NCBI GenBank assembly: GCA_026394995.1
Contig: JAPLZO010000043.1
Coordinates: 1-38,584, forward strand
From: Candidatus Woesearchaeota archaeon
GTDB lineage: Archaea > Nanobdellota > Nanobdellia > SCGC-AAA011-G17 > JAPLZO01
Length of the DNA: 38,584 bases
Direction: 5' to 3'
Shown here in pieces: positions 10,536 through 18,964 of this stretch. Position 1 is the first letter of the stretch. Every line of letters begins with the position of its first letter. Made by a program: the position numbers and the translations under genes. The notes below the pieces were generated by a model. It saw only the letters and a list, made by a program, of their open reading frames with translations. It did no database searches and was not told where the DNA came from.

Positions 10536-13463
10536 ATAGTCTACAAAAAATATGTAACTAAAAACGGTAAAAAAATAGGACCTTATTATTATAAAAGTGT
10601 TAGATTAGAAAATAATAAGGTTAAATCAGTTTATCTAGGAAAAAAATATCCTTATAAGGTTGTACTACAAGAAAAAATAGATAATATCTTTAATAAGAAT
10701 AAAATACCCCATAATAAAGAAATTTCTTCAGATTATAATAAAATTCAAAAAGAGATTGATACCCGAAAAGAAGAAAATCATGTCTCTGAACAAATTGAAA
10801 ATAAAGAAACTCCATCAAACTATGATAATATTCATAAAGAAGAAGATTATTATGACCAAGTGAATAATAAAGAAAATACAACATCTCATATAAAATATTA
10901 TTTGATAGTGAGTTTAGTGTTTGTAGCTATGCTTGTTTCTATTACCTTTTTACAATATACTGGTTTTGCTATTTTCTTACCTAATCAAATAGAGTTTATA
11001 GGACCCTTTAATCTAAGTGATAATGTTTCTATTATGTTACGTGTTAATAATCAAGAATATTCAAAACAATTAATATTAAATGATTATAATGTAACTAAAA
11101 TAACTGCTTCTTTAGATGATTTTTATTTAAACTTAACAGCTGGAAATTATACAATATATGCTTATTTAATTGATAATGATACAATTATTGCAAATACAAC
11201 AATAGAATTAACAATAGAAGAAGAAACAAATAAAATCACACAACCCTTAGAAAATATAACTCAACCACCATTACCATCTCAAATAATAGTTGTAGATGAA
11301 CAAAATAATGTAGTACAAACTGCAGGATCATTAATAAATGACTGTACAGATGTTATATTTTCTGATCAATTTATAGATCAACTAAAAATTTGTAAGGTAA
11401 CAAATGGTTCTTTGATATATTCAGAAATTAAAGATGTAGTTCAAACTCAAAATATTAGTCTTACTAAGATATATGCCTTAGATCTAAGTAACTTTTCTAA
11501 CACTGATTTATATGCAACAGCTAACAATACAATGTTATTTAAGTGCGACTGGAGCTTTACTAATAAATCATGCCTAGATTCATGGAAATTTTTACAAAAT
11601 CTAACAATTAATCAACAATATAATATAAATTTAACAAATGAAACATCTGCATTTGCCGAGGGTAATTTAATTGCACTACAAGAAAATATTACAAATAGAT
11701 CTTTAATACAACTACAAGCTGAAATTAACAAACCAGTTACATGGATAAAACAAATTAACCTAGAAAATGAGACCAGTAATTTAACAGTAGACCTACCATC
11801 TTATGCTTCAAATATCTCATTAGATAAAATAGAAAATAATACCAAACAAAAAATTAAGGATTATGATATAGTTAAACCCCAAAAAGCATTTGGAGCAAAA
11901 GATATAGATAATATATCATTAAATATCAAAGAAAAAGTTAAAAAATTAGAAGTTAAATATGAAACACCACCTCCTTTAGTTCAAGAACAAATAGAAGGAG
12001 ATAAAAAAATAGTAACAGTTTATTCAGATATACACTACACAGATATTTTAACATACACAAATTTACCTACAGAAAGTACTCCTAATAAAATAAGACTATA
12101 TTGGTTAACTGATGGAACTAAAGTTTTAGTAGATAATATAACTTACTTAGATGAAAATAATAATTCTTTAATTGATAAGATACAATGGGTAACACCTTCT
12201 TTAAGTAATCAAACTTATGAAGTATCAATAACTATCTTAACAGTTCAAAGTTATCCTACTGTACAAGGTAATTGGACAGTTTTATTCAACACAACAGGAA
12301 CAGCTGATTTAATAATAAATATTTCTAATGGAACAACATGGTCTAATTCTAATGAACTAAATGATTTAAAATTCTTAGAAGTTAGATGTGGTAACAATAA
12401 ATTAAATTATAATTGGATAAATGATTCAGTTATTATCTATAATTATGAATGTAATCAAACAGCTTCTGAAATAAGTAAAGTTTTAACAGAAGGTAAACAT
12501 ACACTACAATTTACTTTTGGTAATGATACAGAATATGCATACAACTATGCTCAAGAATCAATTTTAATAGCTTGTAGATTTAATGATAATGATACAATAT
12601 GTAATGATAATGAAAATGCAACTATTTTTCAATCTGTTTCTTATGATGATAACTGCTTACATGATGGTTGTGTAAGAATGGGTTGGCAAAATCCTTGGAG
12701 TAATCTTACATATAGTGCTCAAAATAATATGAAAAGAGTTAATTTCACAGTAAGAATGTGGGTTAAACCTCTTCAAAATTATTCTTCAATAAATAGTGCT
12801 GCACAATTTAGATATTGGCAAACTTTAGCTCCAAATAATACTGATGGTGGAAACTATTTAATATTAGACCTTAAAGATTTTAATGTAACCTGTATCCAAC
12901 AAAGAAATTCAGATAGTGTAGCGTTTGGTGCAGCTTGGGGTTCTAAACCATTACCACAAAACAGATGGACCTACATAGCCTGTGTTTTTAATGATTCAAA
13001 TATGGTATTATATGTTAATGGACAACTTATAATGATAGGGCGTGTACCAGATCCATTATATTTTCCAGGAGTATCAGCTAATGATAAGTTTTATTTAGGA
13101 ACAACATATTTTACTAATAATCTTAGTAGAACATCAAATGCAACAATAGATGATTTTGAAATTTTCTCAATACCTTTAACATCTCAAGAAATAGCAGATG
13201 ATTACTATTCTTGTATACCACCAGTATTTTCTAATACTACAACAAAAAATCAAAATTGGGATATTAACTATACTTGTCTTCAAGTAAGTGATGAAATTGC
13301 TCTAGGTAATGGTAATATAACAATTAAGGATAGTGGTGCTTTAATATTAAGAAGTTATAGTAATCTATCATTTTACATGCTAAACATGACTCCATTTAAC
13401 TCAACTAAAACCTTTGCTTTAAAATTAAGTCCTAATTCTAAATTAAATGTAAGTAAGAAATAG
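10536..13463 (+). CDS. Large membrane-anchored surface protein with basic N-terminal module and LamG-like domain; start likely ATA at 10536 (track starts at 10860)
   Basis: Frame is open for 108 codons upstream of 10860: (I)VYKKYVTKNGKKIGPYYYKSVRLENNKVKSVYLGKK, after SD-like AAGGTGG. In-frame TAA at 10512 with no ATG/GTG/TTG between. LamG-like FTVRMWVKP...NRWTYIACVF...LYVNG...IDDFEIFSIPLTSQEI. Confidence 0.78.
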   Translation: MVYKKYVTKNGKKIGPYYYKSVRLENNKVKSVYLGKKYPYKVVLQEKIDNIFNKNKIPHNKEISSDYNKIQKEIDTRKEENHVSEQIENKETPSNYDNIHKEEDYYDQVNNKENTTSHIKYYLIVSLVFVAMLVSITFLQYTGFAIFLPNQIEFIGPFNLSDNVSIMLRVNNQEYSKQLILNDYNVTKITASLDDFYLNLTAGNYTIYAYLIDNDTIIANTTIELTIEEETNKITQPLENITQPPLPSQIIVVDEQNNVVQTAGSLINDCTDVIFSDQFIDQLKICKVTNGSLIYSEIKDVVQTQNISLTKIYALDLSNFSNTDLYATANNTMLFKCDWSFTNKSCLDSWKFLQNLTINQQYNINLTNETSAFAEGNLIALQENITNRSLIQLQAEINKPVTWIKQINLENETSNLTVDLPSYASNISLDKIENNTKQKIKDYDIVKPQKAFGAKDIDNISLNIKEKVKKLEVKYETPPPLVQEQIEGDKKIVTVYSDIHYTDILTYTNLPTESTPNKIRLYWLTDGTKVLVDNITYLDENNNSLIDKIQWVTPSLSNQTYEVSITILTVQSYPTVQGNWTVLFNTTGTADLIINISNGTTWSNSNELNDLKFLEVRCGNNKLNYNWINDSVIIYNYECNQTASEISKVLTEGKHTLQFTFGNDTEYAYNYAQESILIACRFNDNDTICNDNENATIFQSVSYDDNCLHDGCVRMGWQNPWSNLTYSAQNNMKRVNFTVRMWVKPLQNYSSINSAAQFRYWQTLAPNNTDGGNYLILDLKDFNVTCIQQRNSDSVAFGAAWGSKPLPQNRWTYIACVFNDSNMVLYVNGQLIMIGRVPDPLYFPGVSANDKFYLGTTYFTNNLSRTSNATIDDFEIFSIPLTSQEIADDYYSCIPPVFSNTTTKNQNWDINYTCLQVSDEIALGNGNITIKDSGALILRSYSNLSFYMLNMTPFNSTKTFALKLSPNSKLNVSKK

Positions 13464-13518
13464 AGCTTTTCTTTAGAAGAAAAGATTTTCTATGAGGTTT
13501 TTTCTTAAAATAAGCTTT
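13464..13518. repeat. Dispersed palindromic repeat (degenerate copies)
   Basis: CTTTTCTT-TAG-AAGAAAAG hairpin at 13466-13484, followed by a degenerate second unit. Confidence 0.55.
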
Positions 13519-13573
13519 GAAAAATAAAATATTCTTTTAATTTTAATATTAGCTTATATTACAGAAAACTATA

Positions 13574-13625
13574 TAAATACGTATTTAATACATAATTAAT
13601 ACATATTTAGTCCATAATTAATACA
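13574..13625 (+). promoter_or_regulatory. Promoter/operator region of the second RHH gene
   Basis: TATATAAA 13570-13577 overlapped by the perfect palindrome TAAATACGTATTTA 13574-13587. 13-bp direct repeat CATAATTAATACA at 13591-13603 and 13613-13625, ending immediately before the ATG. Confidence 0.55.
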
Positions 13626-13772
13626 ATGCCAGAAATAAGATTTACAGTACCTGAAAAATTAGACAAATTAATTTCTAGAATATCTGATCAACTCGGAGTA
13701 GGAAAATCTGATTACATCAAATCTCTAATTTTAACAGATCTAAAAAAACTTGAAAAGAAAAATGAAAGATAA
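13626..13772 (+). CDS. Small ribbon-helix-helix (CopG-like) DNA-binding protein
   Basis: Not in ORF track. MPEIRFTVPEKLDKLISRISDQLGVGKSDYIKSLILTDLKKLEKKNER*: IRFTVP strand, helix, LGxxKSDYI turn-helix. Confidence 0.8.
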   Translation: MPEIRFTVPEKLDKLISRISDQLGVGKSDYIKSLILTDLKKLEKKNER

Positions 13773-14658
13773 AAATACCTCTCTCAAAAGAGAGGTCAAT
13801 ATTAGAGAACTCTTTAAAAGAGCTTTCTTTAAAAAAGAAACCTCGGAAAGAAAAGCTTTCTTAGAAAGAAAGTTCTTACAAAATATAGTATTATCTAAAA
13901 TTTTATTTATATTATTTATAATTATAGGAAGTATCGGAATATTTAGTTCTGATGTTTTGGCAGCTGACCCCGGTCATGATGCTTCTAGAATTGCACCAGG
14001 AACATTTGAATCTGGTAATTATACTTTTCCGGATACTGCAATCATGACAAATCTTTTGGTTTCACCAAGAATATGTTTAAATGGTGATTGCCAAACAGCA
14101 TGGCCATCTGGTTCAGGTGGTTCTTTAACAAATGTTGCTTTTGTAAATGAATCTAATACTTTCTCACTTATCAATCCGCTTATTACTCCTGCTGAATCTT
14201 GGATTGGGCCTTCTTCAACTACTGGGATTTACTTTAAGGCAGGCAACGTCGGCATCGGGACAACAAATCCCCAAGCAAAATTAGATCTCTGGAGCAATAT
14301 CGATGCTATAAATGGTCCCTTGTTGTCAATCCGAGGTGATGCTGCAACAATAGGACACTGGTTTTCAATTAGATTTGGTGATCAATCTCAAACAACTGCT
14401 TATCAAAAGGGAGCAATTATTTATGAAAGCGTATCTAGTTCTGCCAGGGGTAAATTTCATATTGCATTAGAAAATACTGATGGTTCAGGTAGCGTGGCTC
14501 TATCGGATGCCAAGTTAACTGTTCAATCAAACGGCAACGTCGGTATTGGAACAACTTCACCAGATTCAAAATTAACAGTTGCAGGAACATTAAATGTAAC
14601 TTCAAGTAGTACATTTTTACAAGTAGATAGTAATGGAAATGTAAAAATTGGAATTTAA
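13762..14658 (+). CDS. Secreted protein with GNVGIGTTxP repeats (fibre/adhesin-like)
   Basis: ATG at 13762 preferred over TTG at 13750. Signal peptide ending VLA, ICLNGDCQTAWP motif, two GNVGIGTT(N/S)P units, C-terminal VDSNGNVKIGI. Confidence 0.7.
   Translation: MKDKNTSLKREVNIRELFKRAFFKKETSERKAFLERKFLQNIVLSKILFILFIIIGSIGIFSSDVLAADPGHDASRIAPGTFESGNYTFPDTAIMTNLLVSPRICLNGDCQTAWPSGSGGSLTNVAFVNESNTFSLINPLITPAESWIGPSSTTGIYFKAGNVGIGTTNPQAKLDLWSNIDAINGPLLSIRGDAATIGHWFSIRFGDQSQTTAYQKGAIIYESVSSSARGKFHIALENTDGSGSVALSDAKLTVQSNGNVGIGTTSPDSKLTVAGTLNVTSSSTFLQVDSNGNVKIGI
13821..13874 (-). repeat. Dispersed palindromic repeat copies within coding sequence
   Basis: Reverse complement of 13821-13854 is TTTTCTTTCCGAGGTTTCTTTTTTAAAGAAAGCT. 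Second hairpin AGCTTTCTT-AGA-AAGAAAGTT at 13854-13874. Confidence 0.65.
14242..14555 (+). repeat. GGCAACGTCGG direct repeats flanking a GC-shifted in-frame cassette
   Basis: GGCAACGTCGGCATCGGGACAAC 14242-14264 and GGCAACGTCGGTATTGGAACAAC 14533-14555, 291 bp (97 codons) apart. Confidence 0.8.
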
Positions 14659-14659
14659 A

Positions 14660-14696
14660 TTTCTTTTCCAAGGTTTTCTTTTTCAAAGAAAAACTT
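14660..14696 (+). repeat. Dispersed palindromic repeat
   Basis: TTTCTTTTCCAAGGTTTTCTTTTTCAAAGAAAAACTT, intergenic just after the stop codon. Confidence 0.65.
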
Positions 14697-14728
14697 TTAT
14701 ATATAATAAAATCTAAAATATAACAAAC

Positions 14729-16147
14729 ATGAAAAAGAGGTTTATTATAACAGTATTAATATTTATTTTATCATCTTTAATATTATCAATCGAAAGTAAA
14801 GATGTATTAGCAGAAACCATTACTAGAACAATTGTTGCAACAGCAGATGATACTAGTAGTTGGGGTGATGATTGGTCTAATACTCAAAGTGGTGCATTAG
14901 TAGGGTATAATAGTGCTGGTGGATGGAATCCTGGTCATTCATCTTTAAGATTTAGAAATATTACAATCACACAAGGAACCACAATAACTTCTGCATATTT
15001 AACTTTTAAGGCAGCTGGAACTGCAGGAACACCTACAAATTTAAGTATATATGGAGAAAATGTAGATAATGCAACACAAATTACAAGTTTAGCTGATTTT
15101 AATGCAAGGACACTAACAACAGCTCCTGTTAATTATGTTCCTTCAACATGGACAACTGGTACAGTATACAATAGTGTAGATATAAGTTCTATTATTCAAA
15201 AAATTATTAATAGAGCAGGTTGGTCTTCTAGTAATTCTATACAAATATTTTGGAAATATGTTGGTGGTACTGATGGTACTTATAGAATACATTATAATTT
15301 AGATGGTACACCTTATGCTACTGGTTTAACTATAACTTATAGAACACCACCAACAGCAACAGTATCAAGACCAGATAATTTAGCCATATTCAACACACCA
15401 ATAACATTCGAGATTAATACAACCGATAATAATCAATTATATAATGTCTCCTTAATAGCTAATTGGACAGGTTCTTGGGCTGTTAATGAAACCACTATAA
15501 TTAATGGAACTAGTAATTCAACTACATGGAATATTAATGTTCTAAATGGTAAATATTCATGGAGTTGTTATGCCTGTGATACATATTCAAATTGTGTTTA
15601 TGCAAGTGAAAATAGAACTTTTACTTTTGATAATATTAATCCAAATATAAATATAACATTTCCATTAAATACAACATATGCAATACCACCAACAAAAATA
15701 AGTTATATAGTATCAGATACTAATTTACAATCCTGTTGGTATTCTCTAGATAAGGGTACTACTAATACAACAATAACTTGTGGAAATAATGTAACTGATT
15801 TAAGCTCTAATGTAGGCTCTAACACCTGGACAATTTATGTAAATGATTCAGCTAGTAATACAAACAAATCTGTTGTTACATTCACTTATACTCAAGCGAA
15901 TAATTTTATAATTCAAAATTCAACTAATGAAAATCAAACTTATTTTATAATAAATACTATAGGTAATGTTGGTTTTGGAACAAGTGGCCCAACATCTACA
16001 TTAACAGTATCTGGTGATATGAAAATGAATGGTTTATATGTTAATTCAACTGATATGAACATTAGTACAGGTTCATATCAAATAGAAAGTTACACACATA
16101 GTCGTAAATTTTATATAGATGGTACAGGCAATTTAATAATATTATAG
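14729..16147 (+). CDS. Secreted protein: beta-sandwich N-domain, Ig-like domains, C-terminal GNVGFG module
   Basis: Signal peptide; SSLRFRNITITQGTTITSAYLTF; Ig-like PNINITFPLNTTY...SCWYSLD; GNVGFGTSGPTSTLTVSGD; ends FYIDGTGNLIIL. Confidence 0.7.
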   Translation: MKKRFIITVLIFILSSLILSIESKDVLAETITRTIVATADDTSSWGDDWSNTQSGALVGYNSAGGWNPGHSSLRFRNITITQGTTITSAYLTFKAAGTAGTPTNLSIYGENVDNATQITSLADFNARTLTTAPVNYVPSTWTTGTVYNSVDISSIIQKIINRAGWSSSNSIQIFWKYVGGTDGTYRIHYNLDGTPYATGLTITYRTPPTATVSRPDNLAIFNTPITFEINTTDNNQLYNVSLIANWTGSWAVNETTIINGTSNSTTWNINVLNGKYSWSCYACDTYSNCVYASENRTFTFDNINPNINITFPLNTTYAIPPTKISYIVSDTNLQSCWYSLDKGTTNTTITCGNNVTDLSSNVGSNTWTIYVNDSASNTNKSVVTFTYTQANNFIIQNSTNENQTYFIINTIGNVGFGTSGPTSTLTVSGDMKMNGLYVNSTDMNISTGSYQIESYTHSRKFYIDGTGNLIIL

Positions 16148-16152
16148 TAAAA

Positions 16153-18498
16153 ATGAAAAATAAAATAAAAAAGAGGTTTATTATATTTTTAATAATACCT
16201 TTAATCTTTTTTATTAAAAATATAAATGCTCTAAACTATTTAGAAATTACAGCAACAACTACAATGTGTGGTTATAATAATACTTATGATATTATTAATA
16301 TAACTGGTTCTGGAATATTACAAGTATGTGCCTTTAATGGAACAATATGGAATGGAACTAATGATTGTTCTTATCCATCTGATACAGGATGTATAAATTT
16401 ACAAGTTCAAAATTTAACAATAGATGCTAATGCTCAAATAAATGGTACAGGAACTGGTTGGAGAAAAGGAGCAACTGCATATGCTGGTGAAGGTACTGGT
16501 GGTGGTGGTGCAGGTCCTGCTGGTGATGGTGGTGGTGCTGGTTTTGGTGGTTCTGGTGGTAATGGTGGTGGAGGTGGTAGTAATGGTGGTTCTGCTTATG
16601 GAGCATCTAATAATGTAACTGCTAAAGGTTCTGGTGGAGGTGGAGGTGGTGGTACTGTTGGTGGTAATGGTGGTGGTTATATTAAAATCAATGCAAGTGA
16701 TACTATTAATATAACAGGAATTATTAATTCAAAAGGTAATAGTGGTGTTAGTAGTACATCAGCACCTGATGGTTGTGGAGGCGGAGGTTCAGGTGGTGGT
16801 ATTTGGATAACAACAAATAATTTAGTTGGTTCTGGTGCTAATCAATTAATTAATACTACAGGAGCTAAAGGTGGTTCTTGTAATGTTGGATATTCAGGAG
16901 GTGGAGGTGGAGGTGGTAGAATATATATTCAATATTGTATAAATACATCATCATCTATAGTAACAGAATCCAAGGGTGGTTATAATGGTACTGGTGGTTA
17001 TAATGGTACTGCTGGAAATAATGGAACTATTAATATAACATATACAAGTTCTTTATGTCCTAATAATATAAACCCAAATTATTTTATAATCCATAATAAA
17101 ACAAATGATGCTCAAACTTATTTTTTGGTTAATCCATTAGGTATTGGTATAGGAACAGATAATCCAACATCTAAATTAACAATTTCAGGTGATATGTTGA
17201 TCCAAAATAATTATGACTCAAATACATGGAGTTTATCTGATTATACTTACAGAAAAAAATTTTATATTTATAATTCATCATCAAATCTTACAGATTATCA
17301 AGTTATACTTAATGTAGATACAAATTCCTTAATTCTAAATAATAAAATACAATCTGATTGTGATGATATAAGATTCGATTATGTTAATGGAACCCCAATT
17401 GATAATTATTGGCTTGAATCTTGTAATAATGCTACATCAAGAATATTTTTAAAAGTTCCTTCTATATGGACTGGAACAAATACATTTTATATGTATTATG
17501 GATATTCTTCTGCTACATCAATAAGTAATGAAAATAACACATTTAGTAGAATATTTGGAAGAGACTCACTTAGAATGTATTTACCTTTAAATGAAAATTC
17601 AGGAACAACTGCTTATGATAATTCAGGAGATGGAAATAATGGAACTATAATTGGTAGTGGCTGGACTACTACTGGAAAATATGGTAATGGTTTATATTTC
17701 AATGGAGCAGTTGGTAATTATATGAATATATCATGGGGCACAACACTAGGTTCTTCTTTTGCAAATAATTTTAGTGTTGAATTTTGGATGAAATATACTT
17801 TAACATCATCTTCTAATTATTTGAATTGGATATTTGCTAAAGAATATACTTCTCATGTTTCACCTTACTATCAATTTGATATTACAGGTAATAATGATAC
17901 TAGTGGTAAACCGTATCTAACAGTAAACACATGGCAAAATCAAACATATGGATCTCATATGAGTGTTGCTAGTTCTGTACTTAATTTTCAATGGCATCAT
18001 GTTGTTGCTACTGTAGACACTGTTACAACTGGTGTCAATAGTAGTAATGGAAATTTAAAACTTTATATCGATGGTGTTCTTAATGCCTCAACTACAACTA
18101 CTACTCGTACTTATGAAAACTGTAATTCAGCAATAGGATTAGGTACAAATGTTAATTATGATAATGTTAACTATAATTATAATGGTTATTTAGATGAAAT
18201 ACGTGTTTATAATAGAACTATTTCAGCTGCAGAAGTATCAGATCTTGCCAATGGTCGTCCATTCGTAACATCAATTTTTCCAAATAAACTTTTAATTTAT
18301 AAATATAGTCAACCATATATAGAAATTTTAATGGATAATATTGAACAAGTTTCTTCTTCAACAAACTATAAACCAACTTTATTTGTAAATTCTACACTAG
18401 TAAATAATACTGTAGGAACATATTCAATAGAAAAATCAGGATATGGTTATAAATTTTATTTAGATATATATGGGAATTTAATAATAGGAAAACCATAA
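16153..18498 (+). CDS. Secreted protein: Gly-rich domain, GIGIG module, DUF2341-like and LamG domains
   Basis: GGGGGGGRIYI Gly-rich region; LTDYQV...DCDDIRF...IFLKVP...FYMYYG (DUF2341-like); LPLNENSGTTAYDNSG...WHHVVAT...LYIDG...LDEIRVYNR (LamG); ends FYLDIYGNLIIGKP. Confidence 0.78.
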   Translation: MKNKIKKRFIIFLIIPLIFFIKNINALNYLEITATTTMCGYNNTYDIINITGSGILQVCAFNGTIWNGTNDCSYPSDTGCINLQVQNLTIDANAQINGTGTGWRKGATAYAGEGTGGGGAGPAGDGGGAGFGGSGGNGGGGGSNGGSAYGASNNVTAKGSGGGGGGGTVGGNGGGYIKINASDTINITGIINSKGNSGVSSTSAPDGCGGGGSGGGIWITTNNLVGSGANQLINTTGAKGGSCNVGYSGGGGGGGRIYIQYCINTSSSIVTESKGGYNGTGGYNGTAGNNGTINITYTSSLCPNNINPNYFIIHNKTNDAQTYFLVNPLGIGIGTDNPTSKLTISGDMLIQNNYDSNTWSLSDYTYRKKFYIYNSSSNLTDYQVILNVDTNSLILNNKIQSDCDDIRFDYVNGTPIDNYWLESCNNATSRIFLKVPSIWTGTNTFYMYYGYSSATSISNENNTFSRIFGRDSLRMYLPLNENSGTTAYDNSGDGNNGTIIGSGWTTTGKYGNGLYFNGAVGNYMNISWGTTLGSSFANNFSVEFWMKYTLTSSSNYLNWIFAKEYTSHVSPYYQFDITGNNDTSGKPYLTVNTWQNQTYGSHMSVASSVLNFQWHHVVATVDTVTTGVNSSNGNLKLYIDGVLNASTTTTTRTYENCNSAIGLGTNVNYDNVNYNYNGYLDEIRVYNRTISAAEVSDLANGRPFVTSIFPNKLLIYKYSQPYIEILMDNIEQVSSSTNYKPTLFVNSTLVNNTVGTYSIEKSGYGYKFYLDIYGNLIIGKP

Positions 18499-18500
18499 CT

Positions 18501-18583
18501 AAACTTTTTTTAAAAAAGAAAACTTAGAAAGAAATTTAGAATTAAAAGATAAATCTTAAATAAAGTTTTCCTAAAAGGCTTTA
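18501..18583. repeat. Degenerate dispersed palindromic repeat copies between convergent genes
   Basis: Reverse complement of 18501-18534 is TTTCTTTCTAAGTTTTCTTTTTTAAAAAAAGTTT. Hairpin TAAAGTTTT-CCT-AAAAGGCTTTA at 18561-18583. Confidence 0.45.
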
Positions 18584-18943
18584 ACAAGTTTGTTCACTTA
18601 AATAAGTATCACTACCACAACTTGGATTTTCTAAACAATCAGTCCAATAATCTTTTCTACATAAGCAATTATATTTATTCCAAAATATTCTACAACTATC
18701 TTTTGCACAATAAATATTAATATATCCTACTGCACAATCAGGTCTGCCTCCACCACAACTACCATATCCAGTCGGATATTCATTTCTACAATTGAATTTC
18801 TTAGTAACAACACAACTTTGTGTTGTACCACATATAGAATTATCAGTACAAGTTACTCCACAATTATTAATATCACTACAACTTCTTGTTTGTTGTCCAT
18901 TTACACAAGCACTACATTGCCAATTTGGTGTACACACAAACAA
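18581..18943 (-). pseudogene. Orphan Cys-rich C-terminal module, paralogous to the tip of the upstream pilin-like gene
   Basis: Same frame as 18965..20722, after tandem TAG-TAA. No SD or signal peptide. CTPNWQCSACVNGQQTRSCSDINNCG matches CTPSWSCTSWGACVGGQQTRTCTDSNNCG. Confidence 0.6.
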
Positions 18944-18964
18944 CTTATTTATAGTTTTGGTTTA

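Noticed and set aside
10090..10650. Invertible promoter segment between the paralogous N-termini
   Set aside because: Similarity is at protein level only; no long DNA inverted repeat and no recombinase in view.
16490..16930. GGT-rich tandem repeat or GC island
   Set aside because: Explained by poly-glycine coding with host-like codons.
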